Assembly: GCA_903813345.2 (NCBI GenBank) | Contig: CAIIXF020000001.1 | Span: forward strand, 20,522,001-20,586,000 | Length of the DNA stretch: 64,000 nucleotides | Origin: Owenia fusiformis | Lineage: Eukaryota | Direction of reading: 5' to 3' | Shown here: in pieces, positions 61,101-64,000 of the stretch | How the letters are laid out: each line of letters opens with the position of its first letter | Numbering within the stretch: the stretch's first letter is position 1 | Notes under the pieces: generated by a model | What the model saw: only the letters and a program-made list of their open reading frames with translations | The model's database searches: none | What the model was told of the DNA's origin: nothing | Translations under genes and position numbers: made by a program

Positions 61101-63852
61101 CAGTAACTCTTCTCCATTATTCAAGGGTTACTGCTTGAATACTATTTTAATTAATTTTTAAATTTAAAAATAGAAATTATATTTCCCCATATGTATGTTG
61201 ATAAACTTAATATAAGAGTGTAAAACAACATTATATGGTCTCAGAGTATGTTCCAAATATCAGTGACACCAGGCAGAGACAGTAGTAAGTAGATTCTTCT
61301 TTTTGTCTTGTTCTTAATATGTTTGTACATTGTCCTTAAATATATCCAAATCAAATTGATTATTTGAAAGTATTTTTCTGTTTTGTTTTGCAGAATTGAT
61401 GAAAACAATTTGATGCAATACATGAGAATTTGTGGCACACTACAAGAATCAAAACAGAGAATTCCAGCTTGCTATTTGGAGACACTTTTTCTTGGACCAA
61501 TATTTGAGTTAGTCTCTTCAAAAAACTTCCTATTCAGTCCATTAGGTGAGTTATACAGTTCTTTGATATATTTTTTAAGACTTCTTAACAAGTTAGATTC
61601 AGATACTGTATATTATTTTAGTAGTAAGTTGAAGAATCGTGAATCAAAATACATGTATTTATGTGAAAAAGGTCAGTTAAGTTTAACTGAAGAATCTATT
61701 ATAGCCTTAAAGACCTTCATTGGGGTACACGTCATTTCACAGTATTTCACATTGAAAACATAAATGAATGGATCAAAGGAAAGATATATATCAGATATAG
61801 CAGAGGCATAAAAAGGATGCATGTTTTTTATGTCTCTGGATATAGTGAGCATCTTCCGAAAGATTCAATTATTCAGTATCTTTTTATCTAATAATAATGA
61901 TAAATATACCATTTTTGAATCCCAGACATTCATTTTATTTTGCTCTTCAAAATGTAAATTCCTTAACGTGTATGTATTTTTATTTTATGTTTTAAGAAGT
62001 AATTTATAAATTCATTATTCTTCCAAAGTTCATGAGAAGTACTATGTTAACATTTTAGGGTTAATCCACATGAAGCAAACCATCACAGTGCATCGGTCAT
62101 TAGATGTCCTCCTCACCCAGCCATTTGACCTGCAAGTAGCTCTCACACAGTACACTCATACAGATAGGGGCATTGAGACCACACTCAAACTAAAGGTGCT
62201 GGATAAGTCAGAAGTGTGTGTATGGGAAGGAGATGTGGTGTTCCTAACTAGGAATAAACATTCTAGTCAAAGTGGAGGACATAGGATTAGGAACCAGACT
62301 GCAGAAGAAGGTGATGGAATTTTCTGTTTTGTAATAACTAATTTTAGAAAGTAAATCAATCAGTATGTACAATGGTTTAGTTTCAAATAGGGTTTAGCCT
62401 TCAGAAAGTAGATTTCCCTTGAAGAAAAGAATTATATAAAAATAAACAATAAATGCGTATATCTGTACTTTACTATCATAAAGAGGGCAGCTGTGTTGAG
62501 GTTCATGTTCCCAGTAAAACCGGTGTGGACTACGCTCATGTGTCATCAGATTGGAATCCCCACCACCTGTGGACCTGGACTGCCAGACCATTAGGGTACA
62601 AACAGCCTATCGCACATGGAATGTGGACTCTGGCAAGAACCATGGCAGTTCTTGGTTCATCAGGTGAGTCTTTAAACAGAACATTTTATATGTCATAGTT
62701 ATACTAAAGCCAGTGGCAGAGGAAGTACGGGATTGAAAATCTAAATTTTTGATTTTTTTGTCACCACCAGGAGTGGTTACATATTGTTATAGTTACCAAC
62801 TTTTTGTGGATAGTGTTCAGTGGTTGTGTTTTGCAGTCGATGTCTGTAACAAATGACAGGGGTGACATTTTGCATGTTAATGCCTAATTTATGTCTCGGA
62901 CTAAAATGGCCCAGAATGATAGAAATTACTAAACATTTCAGTTTCACTACTTTCTTGAACAAATCTGAAAAACTTCTTCATCTTTTTACAACCAGTTTTT
63001 CATCATTATAGTTTAGTGTTCCTTTAATCCTCTGGACACCCTATCTACTTCTCTTGTGTGTGGGGGGGGGGTGTTGGAAAGGAGGGGTACAGTGGCTTAA
63101 AGCAAACCTAGGTTACTTAAAATACTGCTGAACAGTCACTGATCAGGTTTACTCATTTATAAGATAATTGTTTTAAGTTACTTAAGTCACTTCTTTGATG
63201 AGTTTATTGGCAAACAATGCATCCAGTGTTCACTGTTCAAGACCACTTTCTCTTACTGTTGAAAGTGAAAATTCAGAGACCAAGAATTCTGTCTTTGGTA
63301 TGTCATTTTGTGCCTGTCATTACTGTAACTTCTTATTTTTAAGTTCTAAAATGTATATAGAGGACACCACTGGCAACATTTGATATTACTGTTTATTGGT
63401 TAGATTCATTTATGTAAGGTGAAAACTATAAAATAGAAAGCAGATGTTGTCAACACCTAATAACCTCTAATTGCATTTCAATAATATTATTTTTATAGTC
63501 CACTAAATTGTTAAATGTTGCCAATAAATCTTGTGATTGCATTTTGAAATTCAGCCAAAAATTATTTTGAATTGTTCAATTATGACCCCCTCCCCATTTC
63601 TTCTATGTACCTATCGAACTTGCGTTTGAGTTCCTAATGTCATAAAAAAGATGTTATAACTTCTTGGTTTTAGATATAACTGTGAAGCCACCATACTATA
63701 TAAGTGCAGACTTTAAACGCCCTCTATTCATGCCAAATGACATTAAAATAACATTCGGGCAAGATGCTCACCAACAAAGTGAACACTGGTTTGTAGTACG
63801 AGATAATGTCACCAATGTACCACATTTAAAAGGTACTCTGAGACAGCTTTAA
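58196..63852 (+). CDS. MaoC-like double-hotdog 3-hydroxyacyl-thioester dehydratase (HtdX-like) with an N-terminal hydrophobic segment
   Basis: Exons 58196-58470, 61394-61545, 62059-62310, 62484-62663, 63674-63852 are in frame. SPLGLIHMKQTI, the hydratase-2 motif YAHVSSDWNPHH...ARPLGYKQPIAHGMW, FKRPLFMP and a C-terminal PHLKG. Confidence 0.85.
58887..59868. mobile_element. Tc1/mariner non-autonomous element with ~200-bp TIRs
   Basis: cagg..gtccacaaaaaaagtatacccaacttca and its inverted copy at the right end; TA TSD. Confidence 0.8.
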
Positions 63853-64000
63853 GCATGGTGTATACATAATGTTAGGTTTAGTTGTCTCTGACCATTTTGT
63901 TCATCAAACATGCATCCTTAATAGAGCTACACAGCTGGGTACATGTATCAGTTAATGGCAGAATTCCAAGTAGTATTATCAGTTTTGAAAACATCCTGAT

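Overview
AT-rich, intron-containing animal (invertebrate-like) genomic DNA. About 441-43541 is a tandem segmental duplication (unit 1 ~441-25642, unit 2 ~25643-43541; junction at a TCA microhomology). Each unit holds exons of a fungal-type Bmt2 rRNA m1A methyltransferase gene (+ strand) with a complete Pi-class glutathione S-transferase gene nested antisense in one intron. Bmt2 copy A is intact, with its first exon upstream of the window. Copy B lacks the 5' exon and has a MITE insertion, a stop/frameshift and a 2-bp deletion. Both GSTs are intact 242-aa proteins with an unusual ~30-aa insertion at the beta2-alpha2 (mu-loop) position, where they differ most. Comparing the two units gives filled and empty sites for many transposons: Helentron-type (HINE) elements, a 4.2-kb non-autonomous LTR element with apparently identical LTRs and a small ORF, a four-level MULE/Ginger-like nest, and hAT, Kolobok and Tc1/mariner MITEs. 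Downstream are CDV3 (+; one extra base in an A-run of exon 1), R3HDM4 (-) and, head-to-head with R3HDM4, a membrane-anchored MaoC/HtdX-like double-hotdog dehydratase (+). All exon models were built by hand from GT-AG signals and protein motifs; no database searches were run.
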